Of a DNA stretch of 35,930 nucleotides, positions 23,387 to 33,701 are shown one piece after another; the stretch's first letter is position 1, and every line of letters begins with the position of its first letter. The notes under the pieces are model-generated. The model was not told the DNA's origin, searched no databases, and saw nothing but the letters and a program-made list of their open reading frames with translations. The stretch spans positions 1-35,930 of the forward strand of contig MU271646.1 of the NCBI GenBank assembly GCA_021432655.1. The letters run 5' to 3'. This DNA comes from Atractiella rhizophila (lineage: Eukaryota). A program made the translations under genes and the position numbers.

Positions 23387-24063
23387 GGGCGTGAGGTTCG
23401 AGATTATGTGGGTTTTTGTTTTTTCTTTATTGGATGGATCGAGACGGAGGTGCTACCTCATTGATGTGGCATTGCAATCAGTATCACTTCTCAGACAAGC
23501 AATATGGTGACACGCTTCCGCACCAGTTACGCATACACGACGCATGCTTTTACTTTCAACCCGTCGTATTGACATCTTGTCCACCTCGGCTGATGTCGTT
23601 TACCATTGCCACTCTTCCTTTACATTCTATTTGCGGATTGCTCACTCATTCCATACAACAGTATGGTCGCATATTCGATGTCGAAATATACTGCTTGATT
23701 CATACCCTGAATATCTCGAATCTTGCCTTGTCGCCGCAGTTCGCTGGCTGGTACAGCCTAGCTAGTTTCAGCGTAGTTTCTTTCAATGCTCCTCTCAGCA
23801 CCCTTCCATTTCACGAGACTACTCCTCTGTCCTCCTCTGTCCGTCCCGCTATCCGCGTCTGTGTCGTGTTTACAACCAGCAATTCACAATAATAACATCT
23901 TTCATCTTCGATGATTCATCTCTTGTTCACCCTTATTGCCCCAGCATCGCGATATCAATCACTTTGACCCAATTTTGCATTATCTTCCTTTAGTGCGTTC
24001 GTCTTCCTGCTTTAACTCAGCAAGTGATAATACTCCTAGTAGTTTAGATGTCTCAACTCAACG

Positions 24064-25543
24064 ATGGAATTCGAATCTCAGGTTCCCCCTGATATCCTGA
24101 AGGCAATTCTGCTTGCTCTGGGTGAACCCCCTTTCTGGGCAATCTGCGCTTGAAACGCTCTATAGCTGTCTTTTCGTAAACCTTCTGCGGTCCACTATCG
24201 CTCTCCACGTTCGATTTAGATTCTCGATTCTCGTGTTTGGATGGCGGCACCTTGGAGGCACTGGCAATCAGAAGACGGTGACAGTGACAGATTGAATAGA
24301 AAGCGGAACACATTTTACGGTATCTTAACCCGACCCGAAACTCTGTCACGGCGTCGTCTCCTCCACCCACTACGCACATTCGGTGCATCTTGAGCTGGCC
24401 TTGCCTCAGTTGGATGACCAATCTCCAGGCCTTTCCTTAATTCTCGTGGACAATGATCACCTCCGTGGCAATCGACTTGCAATCGTGCTCCGGCCACTCC
24501 CAAATCTGAGCTGTCTGTGGATTCACAACTGTTGGAGCTGGCGGAGAAGGCATTGCGACATCCAAGCGTCAAAGGCATTGGTAGACTTAAACTTTAGCAG
24601 GAAGATTGAAGACTTCCCATCTGATTCAACCTGTAATCCATACCCTCAAAGTGGGGTCTTTGAGGGTATGAAACAGCTCGCATTAGACAGTACGCACTGT
24701 CTCCGTCTGGTCTCGTCTGGCTGTTTAGCAAGTGTCCTGTGGAAAAATTCAACATCGAGAAAGAGGAACTCGAGGCTCGGTTACCAAGCTCCTTGAGAAA
24801 ATATGTTCTACGATCAAGGCAAGATGACGATCGGGACGATGGAGAAATCCAGATTCCTCTACTGCCGCTATTGGAGCGGCTCCGATTAGAATGGCTCTTT
24901 GGCCCAGATGGGGACATGAACGGTCGGAGGGACATAGAGTGCCTACCCCACCTACACCACCTTCGTCGGTTAGAATTCTACGCACGGAATCTTTCTGCCC
25001 TTTCCGCCTCCACATTGACGGAGCTTGACTCGTTTGGCGATGAACGAGACCCCCATAGACTCCTCCACCTTCGAGCAGCTATTCTAAATCTCCCTTCATC
25101 ACGCACTGGTGGAGATCGAGCTCGCAACATGCTGTTTCCTCGTCCACCAACGAGGTGACAACCTCCCTTTCCTCTTTCCCCACTACCATGAATGCAACCT
25201 CACCTTCCGCTTCCGCTGGCATGAACCGAACAATTGGCGCTCCTACATGTTCACCAAGATGGCTGAAGCTCTTTCCCCTTTCCTTATCTCAACATGATAT
25301 TTGATTTTTGGGGAGTGAAATAACCTTGGAATATTGCCATGGAACAAAGTTTCTTCTCCTCTCATGTTTATTCTGTCAAAGTCCTTAGACACAAGGGAGC
25401 CAGCGTACCCAGCTGGACTAACTTTCTCAACATGAAGTCTATTTGCTCACCAGCTGTTTCAGGAGAGTTGTTGGAGCAAATGGGGAACAGTGTCGGGTCG
25501 AGATATGTTCGAAGTCTGTCGGAGATAGGGGATGGAAAGATAG
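24064..25543 (+). pseudogene. Degraded F-box/LRR-like gene, first unit of a tandem triplet
   Basis: MEFESQVPPDILKAILLAL, LPNLSCLWIHNCWSW, KIEDFPS, LERLRLEWL, EIELATCCFL, HVYSVKVLRHKG are scattered over different frames with stops. Collinear with the genes at 26005 and 27957. Confidence 0.88.
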
Positions 25544-26004
25544 GTTATCATACCCATTGCGTGAGGCCTGGCAAGAGGAATATGGATATCAGACTGAAGT
25601 TCAAAGAACGACGGCCAAAAGTTGTGTTTGTGCAAGTGTGCAAGTGGGTCATGAGAATGCAATCGATATTGCAATAAAAAAGGTTTGAGAATAGATGTAA
25701 TAGTATGGAACAGAGACCAAATGTCGTGCTTACTGGAGAGGTCGAGGACAGAATCTTGCTGAGCTGACTCAATTATCGATGCTAATCGTGACCTGCGAGC
25801 CTCCCGTCGTCACAACTCCTCTTGCTCCGTCGCTAGTCCCCACAAATCTGGTTTAGCTTGCCTTTGCACCTCCATCATTGCTCTAGATGACATAGAACTG
25901 TAGGTTTGGCTTTGTCGTTGTCAACACTCAGTCGTGAATTAAAGTTATTCCTTGCAGTCTTACAGTGTTGTAGTACTGGTACCTCTACGACCTTGGCGCG
26001 TTCA

Positions 26005-27486
26005 ATGGAGTTCGAATCCAGGATCCCGCCTGAGATCCTGGAGGCGATCCTGGTTGCCCTTGAAGGCAGCATCTCTCCGAGGCTGCTTTGGGCGCGAGCG
26101 CTGTATCACTGTCTCTTCGTGAACCGTCGGTGGTCCACCATCGCTCTCCACGTTCGACTCTCGCACATCCAAACCTCCGATTTTGCGATTAACGTGAACT
26201 CAATGACAACATCGCCCGAGGATGGAACAACTGAAGATGAATCGCGGATGGAGAAATTTTGCGCCTTCTTGAACCGACATCTGGATGTCTGTCTCCTCGT
26301 GCACTCATTCACTCACCTCGGACCTTCAGCCAGTCTCGAGCCTCTACTCCCCTTCCTGAGTGCGATGACCAACCTTCAGGTGCTTTCCTTGGATCTCGAA
26401 GGCGATGAGGTCGAGGTCGTGCTTCCGCCACTCCCGAATTTGAAGAGGTTGGCGATCCGCAACTGTTGGAGCTGGAAGAAGGTACTTCAAAATATCGACA
26501 TGTCAAAGGGGTTGGTGGACTTGGCCATTTTCGGTCAGATTGAGGATTTCCCATCCGCGTCAACCCCAGAAGCAATACCGTGTTTTCAAAATATCAAGAA
26601 GCTCCGGTTGTCTAACACTCAGCTCGCTCCTTCTGCCTTAGTCCGCATGTTTGGTTTCAGTCCGGTACAGGTCCTCATGGTGCAAGCAGAGGGGAACAAC
26701 ATTTCCCCGCTTCTCCTAGCAATATCTTCTACCATCAAACGTTACGATCAACCCTGGCATATAGTTTCGACTGGTGAGAGGGTTAAGATCTCTCTGATGC
26801 CACAATTGGAGTGGCTCCGATTGGGATTCCTCTACCGCTTGGAAGGAGAGACAAACGATTGGGGAGACATGGAACACCTACCTCTCCTGCACCATCTTCG
26901 GTCCTTAGAACTATTTGGGCGGACACTGCATCCTCCCCCATCTGCCCTTCCCGCGTCGACGTTGACGAACTTGTGTCATTTGTCGATGGATCAGAGCCTT
27001 ATGGACTTTTCGACCTTCGAATGCCTCTTCGAAGTCTCCCTCCAACACTCGTTGGTCCAAATCGAGCTCACAAGCAGCTGTTTCCTCCCCCACCAACCAG
27101 GTGACATACTCACGCTGCTCTCTCGCTTTGCGCACAAATTGTACCTCAGCTTCTTCTTCTGCCAAGACGAAATGCACAATGAGAACGTATTCAACCCGAT
27201 GGCTCATGCTCTCTCCTCCTTTCTTTACCTCAACGTCACATTCGATGGTTTGGGCATAAACCAAGAGAGGGAAGCTGCCATCGAAACTTTCTTTTACAAT
27301 CGTGTACATTCCGCTAAAGTCCTTAGGTACGAGGGAACCATCGTTCCCAACAGGACTATATTCCCCGACTTGAAGGCGATCTGCGCAGACGCGGTTTCGG
27401 AACTGGTGTTGGAGCAGATGGGGGTGGAACACGTATCAGGCGACGATATGCTCTGGGTGTGTCGGAGATATGGGATGGAAAGATAG
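26005..27486 (+). CDS. F-box-like plus leucine-rich-repeat (RNI-like) protein, single long exon
   Basis: MEFESRIPPEILEAIL...RALYHCLFVNRRWSTIA fits the F-box consensus. LRR-like LxxLxL repeats follow (NLQVLSL, NLKRLAI, NIKKLRL, QLEWLRL, HLRSLEL). ATG 26005 aligns with the paralog start at 27957. Confidence 0.8.
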   Translation: MEFESRIPPEILEAILVALEGSISPRLLWARALYHCLFVNRRWSTIALHVRLSHIQTSDFAINVNSMTTSPEDGTTEDESRMEKFCAFLNRHLDVCLLVHSFTHLGPSASLEPLLPFLSAMTNLQVLSLDLEGDEVEVVLPPLPNLKRLAIRNCWSWKKVLQNIDMSKGLVDLAIFGQIEDFPSASTPEAIPCFQNIKKLRLSNTQLAPSALVRMFGFSPVQVLMVQAEGNNISPLLLAISSTIKRYDQPWHIVSTGERVKISLMPQLEWLRLGFLYRLEGETNDWGDMEHLPLLHHLRSLELFGRTLHPPPSALPASTLTNLCHLSMDQSLMDFSTFECLFEVSLQHSLVQIELTSSCFLPHQPGDILTLLSRFAHKLYLSFFFCQDEMHNENVFNPMAHALSSFLYLNVTFDGLGINQEREAAIETFFYNRVHSAKVLRYEGTIVPNRTIFPDLKAICADAVSELVLEQMGVEHVSGDDMLWVCRRYGMER

Positions 27487-27956
27487 GTTATCATCCCCTT
27501 TGGTGATGCCTGACAAGAGGAATGTTGAAGGTTCAAAGAACGACGGCCAAAAGTTGAGTTTGCGCACTTGGATCGTGAAAATGTATCGATATTACAATCA
27601 AAGAAGTTTCGGGAATGAACATAATGAGGAATGGAGACCAAAAGTTGTGCTTACCGGAGAGGTCAAGGACAGAATATTGCTGAGCTGCCGCCGTATCAAT
27701 GCCAATCGTGATCTGGTGAGCTGTTGAGCCTCCGTCATTATAGTTCTTCCCGTGTTGCGCGTTGTCGCTAGTTGTAGATCTGGTTCATCTCCTTGATCTA
27801 CAACTGCCTTTGCACCTCCATCATTGCTTTGAATAATATAGAACTGTAGGTTTGTCTTTGTAGTGTCAACACTCGGCGAGTGATGAGTAAAGTTGTTCCT
27901 CTGCAGTGTTACAGGTGTTACAATACACTGGTATCTCAACGATCTGAACGTGTTCA

Positions 27957-29423
27957 ATGGACTTCGAATCCAGGATCCCGCCTGAAATTCTAAAGGCGAT
28001 CCTGGTGTCTCTTGACGACAGCGACTCTCCGCGGCAGCTTTGGCGGCGAGCGCTGTATAACTGTCTGTTCGTTAACCGTCGATGGTCCACTATCGCTCTG
28101 CATGTTCGACTCTCGCACATCCAAACGTCCGATTTCGCGATTAACGTGAACACGATGACAACATCGCCCGGGGATGAAACAGCTAAAAGCGAATCGCAGA
28201 TGGACAAATTTTGCGCCTTCTTGAACCGACATCCGGATGTCTGTCTCCTCGTATACACGTTCAGTCACTTCGCACATTCAGCCAGTCTCGAGCGTCTACT
28301 CACCTTCCTGAGTGCGATGACCAACCTTCAGGTGCTTTCCTTGGGTCTCGGAGGCGACGAGGTCGAGGTCGTGCTTCCGCCACTCCCGAATTTGAAGGTG
28401 TTGGCGATCTACGACTGTTGGAGCTGGAAAAAGATGCTTCGAAACATAGATGTGTCAAAGGGGCTGGTGCAGTTGACCATTTCCGGTCAGGTTGAGGATT
28501 TCCCATCCGAGTCAACCCCGGAAGCGATACCGTGTTTTCAAAATATCAAAGTACTCGGGTTGTCTAACACTCGGCTCCCTCCTTCTGCCCTGGTCCGCAT
28601 GTTTGGTCCCTGTCCGGTACAGGTTCTTACGGCCCAAGCAGAGGGGAGCAACATATTTCTGCTCCTCTTAGCAATATCGTCTACCATCAAACGTTACGAC
28701 CAACCGTCGTGTCTACTTTCGAAGGATGAGAGGGTCAGGATGCCTGTGATGCCCCAATTGGAGTACCTGCGATTGGGATTCCTCAACCGCTTGGAAGGGG
28801 AGATAAACCATTGGGAAGACATGGAACAACTACCGCTCCTCCACCAACTTCGGCACCTAGAGCTATTTAGACGGACGCTGCATCCTCCCCCACCAGCCCT
28901 TCCCGCGTCGACGTTGATGAACTTGGGTCATTTGTCGATGGACGAGTCCCTTATGGACTTTTCGACCTTCGAACGCCTCTTCGAAGTCTCCCTCCAACAC
29001 TCGTTGGTCCAAATCGAGCTCACAAGCGGCTGTTTCCTCCCTCACCAACCGGGAGACATACTGACACTGCTCTCTCCCTATTCGCGCAAATTGTACCTCA
29101 GCTTCCGCTTCTGCCAAGACGAAATGCGCAATGAGGACGCATTCAACACGATGGCTCAGGCTCTCTCCTCCTTTCTTTACCTCAATGTCACATTCGACTA
29201 TATCCAAGGGAGGGACGCTATCATCGAATCTTTCTTTTACAATCATGTGCATTCCGCTAAAGTCATTAGGTATGAAGGAACCATCGTCCCCAACAGGACT
29301 ATATTCCCCCACTTGAAGGCGATTTGCGCGGTTTCTGGAGGGGTGCCGGAGCAGATGGTAGTGGAACGAGTATTGGGCGACGATATGCTCGCGGTGTGTC
29401 GGAGATATGGGATGGAAAGATAA
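27957..29423 (+). CDS. F-box-like plus leucine-rich-repeat protein, tandem paralog
   Basis: 488-aa ORF collinear and highly similar to 26005-27486, with shared upstream non-coding sequence. Confidence 0.82.
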   Translation: MDFESRIPPEILKAILVSLDDSDSPRQLWRRALYNCLFVNRRWSTIALHVRLSHIQTSDFAINVNTMTTSPGDETAKSESQMDKFCAFLNRHPDVCLLVYTFSHFAHSASLERLLTFLSAMTNLQVLSLGLGGDEVEVVLPPLPNLKVLAIYDCWSWKKMLRNIDVSKGLVQLTISGQVEDFPSESTPEAIPCFQNIKVLGLSNTRLPPSALVRMFGPCPVQVLTAQAEGSNIFLLLLAISSTIKRYDQPSCLLSKDERVRMPVMPQLEYLRLGFLNRLEGEINHWEDMEQLPLLHQLRHLELFRRTLHPPPPALPASTLMNLGHLSMDESLMDFSTFERLFEVSLQHSLVQIELTSGCFLPHQPGDILTLLSPYSRKLYLSFRFCQDEMRNEDAFNTMAQALSSFLYLNVTFDYIQGRDAIIESFFYNHVHSAKVIRYEGTIVPNRTIFPHLKAICAVSGGVPEQMVVERVLGDDMLAVCRRYGMER

Positions 29424-30243
29424 GGCGCCATAAATCGTCAGACTTTCGCGTTGAGGTAGTGATCGCGCTGGTGGAATGTAGCTACGTAGCGGAACGGACA
29501 TTAACGTAACTGAACTTAAGGAAATGATTGACTGAGGAGGAACTTTGGAGGCAGCCTCAAATCGCGTTTGTCGCGATGTGAGATAAATTGTGTTTCTTGG
29601 CTCGCGTTTAAAAAATTCGCACAGACCTATCGCGCGTTTTGTTCTCAAGGTGTAAGGCATCCACACGGTTTTGACTATTTATGGCGAAGACCTGCCCACG
29701 ACCGCACCCCACACGGGTGTCATACAGGTATGCTCAGATTTTTTCTCGCAACATTGCTTGTCATCCTTGATATTGCAACATGTCTACCCCTCCTTCTGCT
29801 GCTCCCACTCCCTGTCAAGAGCCTGTCGCCTATTCAGATGACGTTGGAGACGGTACAGAGAGGTGACAGTGGTTCAATACCAACCGGTATCACCCGTTGG
29901 AAACAGTCCCATTCCCACATACACTTTAACTCATACCACGCGGACTGACTTCGAGAAGAGCGTCCAAGCCGGAAAGACAGGCGACTTGCAAAATCAGGTA
30001 CATATGGACATGTAAGCATGTCATCTTCTCACAAGTCCTGTGAGCAGCCAGTCAAATATGGCCACATTTACGCTTCCTCATGCATGTGGGCTCCCCGTCC
30101 AAGCAGGCGAGGACGGTCGAGGCTTGGAGTCCTCAAAACCGCATGGTTACCCCCACAACTCCCCGCGGTGAACCGTATCAAGCTGGAATTGCAATAACCA
30201 GCAAATGTACAAAAACAAGGCGTCATGACGCATTCTTCAGGTC

Positions 30244-31687
30244 GCAACCATCCCGAATCCAACCAAGAAATGTGAAGCATGGATGGACTCAACTCTGAAA
30301 TCACCGAAACGACTCCTCTCCCTCTTCCTCCGCTCTTAATATTTCTTCCTCCAATTTCCTCCGCTCCTCCTCTGTCCCCCTCTCTCCAGATTTCTCAGCC
30401 TCCATTCGCCTGAGTTTCGCCAATAGGTCGTCCTCTGGTACTTCGTCTCCGTTACGTTGTTGTGTTTCATGTGCCGATGGTTGAGAGGGAGCGTGTCGGA
30501 GGGATGAGAGGAAGGAAGATTCCTCGTTCTCGCCATTCGCGGTCTGTAAACATAGACGATGAGTATATCGTTTTGTGGTATGAGGGAGAGAAAGAAAGGA
30601 CGTACCTTGGAAGATAAACAAGCGGGAGCACACCCTCCCGCCCAGTTCCATTCTAACGACTCTCCCCTATCCTTCATCGCGTCCATCACCGCGACCGCCT
30701 TGAGAGTGGAATCGATGTCTTTGAATTGAACGACGACAGAGCGCGGCTTCTCCTTCTCCTTCTCCTTTTCTTTCTTGGGTTTCTTCGGTGCTTTGAAGAC
30801 GAGAGATTCGATGGAGCGGTTGAGAGAGGGTGGGAGGAAGGGGAGATCGTTTGTTGTTGTTGCTGTTGATGCCGAGGATGAGGGGAGGAGAGAAGGTGGG
30901 AGACGGAGAAGAAGGGTCGTATCTAATGGTCCTAATGGGATTGTATATTCCTCTTTGTTCTTGGACAGCAACCATCCCGAATCCAACCAAGAAATGTGAA
31001 GCATGGATGGACTCAACTCTGAAATCACCGAAACGACTCCTCTCCCTCTTCCTCCGCTCTTAATATTTCTTCCTCCAACCTCCTCCGCTCCTCCTCTGCC
31101 CCCCTCTCTCCAGATTTCTCAGCCTCCATCCGCCTAAGTTTCGCCAACAGGTCGTCCTCTGGTACTTCGTCTCCGTTACGTTGTTGTGTTTCATGTGCCG
31201 ATGGTTGAGAGGGAGCGTGTCGGAGGGATGAGAGGAAGGAAGATTCCTCGTCCTCGCCATTCGCGGTCTGTAAACATAGACGATGAGTATATCGTTTTGT
31301 GGTATGAGGGAGGGAAAGATAGGACGTACCTTGGAAGATAAACAAGCGGGAGCGCCTCCTCCCGCCCAGTTCCATTCTAACAACTCTCCCCTATCCTTCA
31401 TCGCGTCCATCACCGCGACCGCCTTGAGAGTGGAATCGATGTCTTTGAATTGAACGACGACAGAGCGCGGCTTCTCCTTCTCTTTTTCTTTCTTGGGTTT
31501 CTTGGGAGCTTTGAAGACGAGAGATTCGATGGAGCGGTTGAGAGAGGGTGGGAGGAAGGGGAGGTCGTTTGTTGTTGTTGTTAATGTTGATGTAGAGGAT
31601 GAGGGGAGGAGAGAAGGTGGGAGACGGAGGAGAAGGGTCGTGTCTAATGGTCCTAATGGGATTGTGTATTCCTCTTTGTTTTTGGAC
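30244..31687. repeat. ~724-bp direct tandem duplication (30244-30966 and 30968-31687) of the 3' half of the Cwc23-like gene
   Basis: GCAACCATCCCGAATCC starts at 30244 and 30968. Both units end in TTGGAC. ORFs 30301..30651 and 31025..31375 are paralogous. Confidence 0.95.
30301..31004 (-). pseudogene. J-domain-less duplicate of the Cwc23-like C-terminal half (open frame from ATG 31004, one intron)
   Basis: MLHISWLDSGWLL, drawn from the upstream copy's 3' UTR, is fused in frame to SKNKEEYTIPLG...CLSSK|TANG...EESFR*. Intron splice sites are retained. Confidence 0.6.
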
Positions 31688-32126
31688 GGAGGGACCGGAG
31701 ATAACCTGACTTTCTTCTTCTCCCTCTCCGCCTCCTCCTCCGCACCTCTCTTACTCCTCATCTCCCTCCACCTCCTCCCCTCCTCCTTCAAAAAAAAAAA
31801 AAAAAAAAACTCGCAGCCGCCTCCTCCTCCGCCCTCTCCAACTCATCCACCATCACCCTCCTCCTCCCCTCCAACTTCCTCTTCCTCTCCCGCGCCTCCC
31901 GGCCGCTCTCAAACTCTCCAAACCACTTCGCCCGCGTCTCCGGATCCAGCAACACCTCCGACGCCTTCTTCAGAGCGATGAACTCGCCCGCTTTGTCCGG
32001 GAACCGGTCCGGGTGCACTTTGATGGAGAGCTTGCGGAAGGAGGAGGAGATCTGCGCGGCGGTCGCGGTGGACGGGAGCTGCAGGAGCGCATAGTAGTCT
32101 TCGGAGGCGGAGTATTCGAGAACCAT
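31025..32126 (-). CDS. CWC23: J-domain spliceosome co-chaperone, Cwc23/Cwf23/DNAJC17-like. Frame broken at a T20 run (31790-31809)
   Basis: J domain DYYALL...FRKLSIKVHPD...KASEVLLDP, coiled coil RRVMVDELERAE, RRM-like VVVQFKD...WNW segment, intron 31268-31329, and tail LLAKLRRME..ERRRLEEEI. ORFs 31788..32126 and 31060..31791 are joined only by a frameshift. Confidence 0.75.
31790..31809. repeat. A20 homopolymer inside a coding exon
   Basis: 20 consecutive A on + (T20 on the coding strand). Confidence 0.95.
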
Positions 32127-33701
32127 CGTGAGATGTTGTGTTGAAGAAGGGTGTTGGTGGCGAACGGATAGAATGAACGCGGGAAGAACTGTAGTGGCGG
32201 AGAAGAGCTGAAGTTACAGTACTACGGCTACTGATCCCTAGCGACCTTCGCTTTCATGTCATGTAATGTAATTTTGGGAAGAGTGAGCTCTTGTAGCTGA
32301 GCATTGGATACATTCATTGGAGAGTGAGTGGCGGATGAGACACTGGAGTTGGTGGTGTGTCTTTCATTCGCTTGCAAGCGCTTGGACTTTCTTGTTCATG
32401 CCTTATGTGTCACTGCCTCATACTACCGCTTTAGAAAACCTCAAAAGGCACTTGGCCTATGGACACATGAACCATAGTTGTGGCTAAGACTTATCACCTT
32501 GCCGTTCATCTGATTTCCGAATTTCTAGTTTCTGTGGTCGATTGCATAGTACACGTCAAGTTGTTTCGTTATTCTTTCCATGCGACTCTCAACATTGATC
32601 TATTTAACCAAGCTGTGGGCTCGGACTCCGAGTCTTCCGTCATCCAATGACGAAGTTTCGATTTTCCGTTGGGATTATAAACCCATAGGCATCAAGTGTG
32701 CTGCTAAATTATGGATGGACAAGCCTTTGATCTTCTCAGTTCTGCTTTTGTGCTGCTTCTGTCTTTTTTTGATGACCTAATTCCTAGACGACGGATCCAA
32801 GCAAGCTAGAAAGTACACAATCAGGCCATCAGGTTCTTCTTTTCTGCATTCTTGTCCTTCCCCTCGATCTTCGTCTTCCGTCGGACGACGAGTTTCTCTT
32901 CCTATTTACTTGGAGTTCGAATTCAGGATCCCTCTCGAATATCTGATGTTCAAGTTTGTTCCCCGGGACCAAGTCTGGGAAGCGACGTTTGACCTTCTCT
33001 TCTTTCCTCTCCTCACTGGAACGCAACATTGCTGGGCCAGTCCCCGGTTCCCTTGGAGTTGACAATACAATGGCTCTGGCCCTAGAATGTTGGATTCTAT
33101 CACGGGTCACGGTAATGTTGTGTGACGAACCCGACAGAAACAAGCGGCTATAGTGGGTTGTGTGAGAATGAAGGCTTCGAGAAAGTTTGTCGGAATGTGG
33201 AGCAAAGTGTAGCCGTCGCGACTTGGATAAAGGTTCAAACGTACCCCACCATCGCACGGGGCACCCTCAAGTTGAATTCGAGAGAAGGCCATTCATGGCT
33301 GCGTTTAAATAAGTGCAGTGAGCAACCTTGTTCTCAGAACCGTGCAGATAAGGTCTCGTCAGAAATAGTCAAGTTCGGGGATGAGGAAGCGTTTTGGCTG
33401 AATGTGCCGAAACAGATCTGAGAGCAAAGATCGTCGTGCTTGCTCCATTCCTGCTGTCATCGTTCTGCGACAGTGAGCGTCAACTCCACACACTCAACTT
33501 TTCACAACTCAATCGGTGGATCCTTCCATGGCTGCCTTTCGCTTCTCATTTCCCGTCCCCGTCAGGATGTTGCCGTTGGGACCTTTTGGGGGAGGGACAT
33601 GAGATCAGCTACATATTCATTTAAGAACTATGAAGGAGGTGCGTTGGCTCCTCCTCTGCAATCACGATCCTTTAGTGCTCTTCCCCAGATAACCACAAAG
33701 G

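Noticed and set aside
25906..26004. 33-aa TTG-initiated N-terminal extension of the F-box ORF
   Set aside because: Paralogs start at the equivalent of ATG 26005. The stretch resembles a 5' UTR intron (GTTTG...GCAG) and is not open in copy 3.
26911..29666. Minus-strand ORFs of 173 and 267 aa
   Set aside because: Antisense to the F-box genes, with no motif of their own.
29780..30171. Possible small plus-strand gene relic (MSTPPSAAPTP..., one GTAAGC..CAG intron)
   Set aside because: Needs a frameshift and has no recognisable family. Too weak to call.
32829..33257. 142-aa minus-strand ORF with a basic C-terminus
   Set aside because: No domain recognised and no supporting splice structure.
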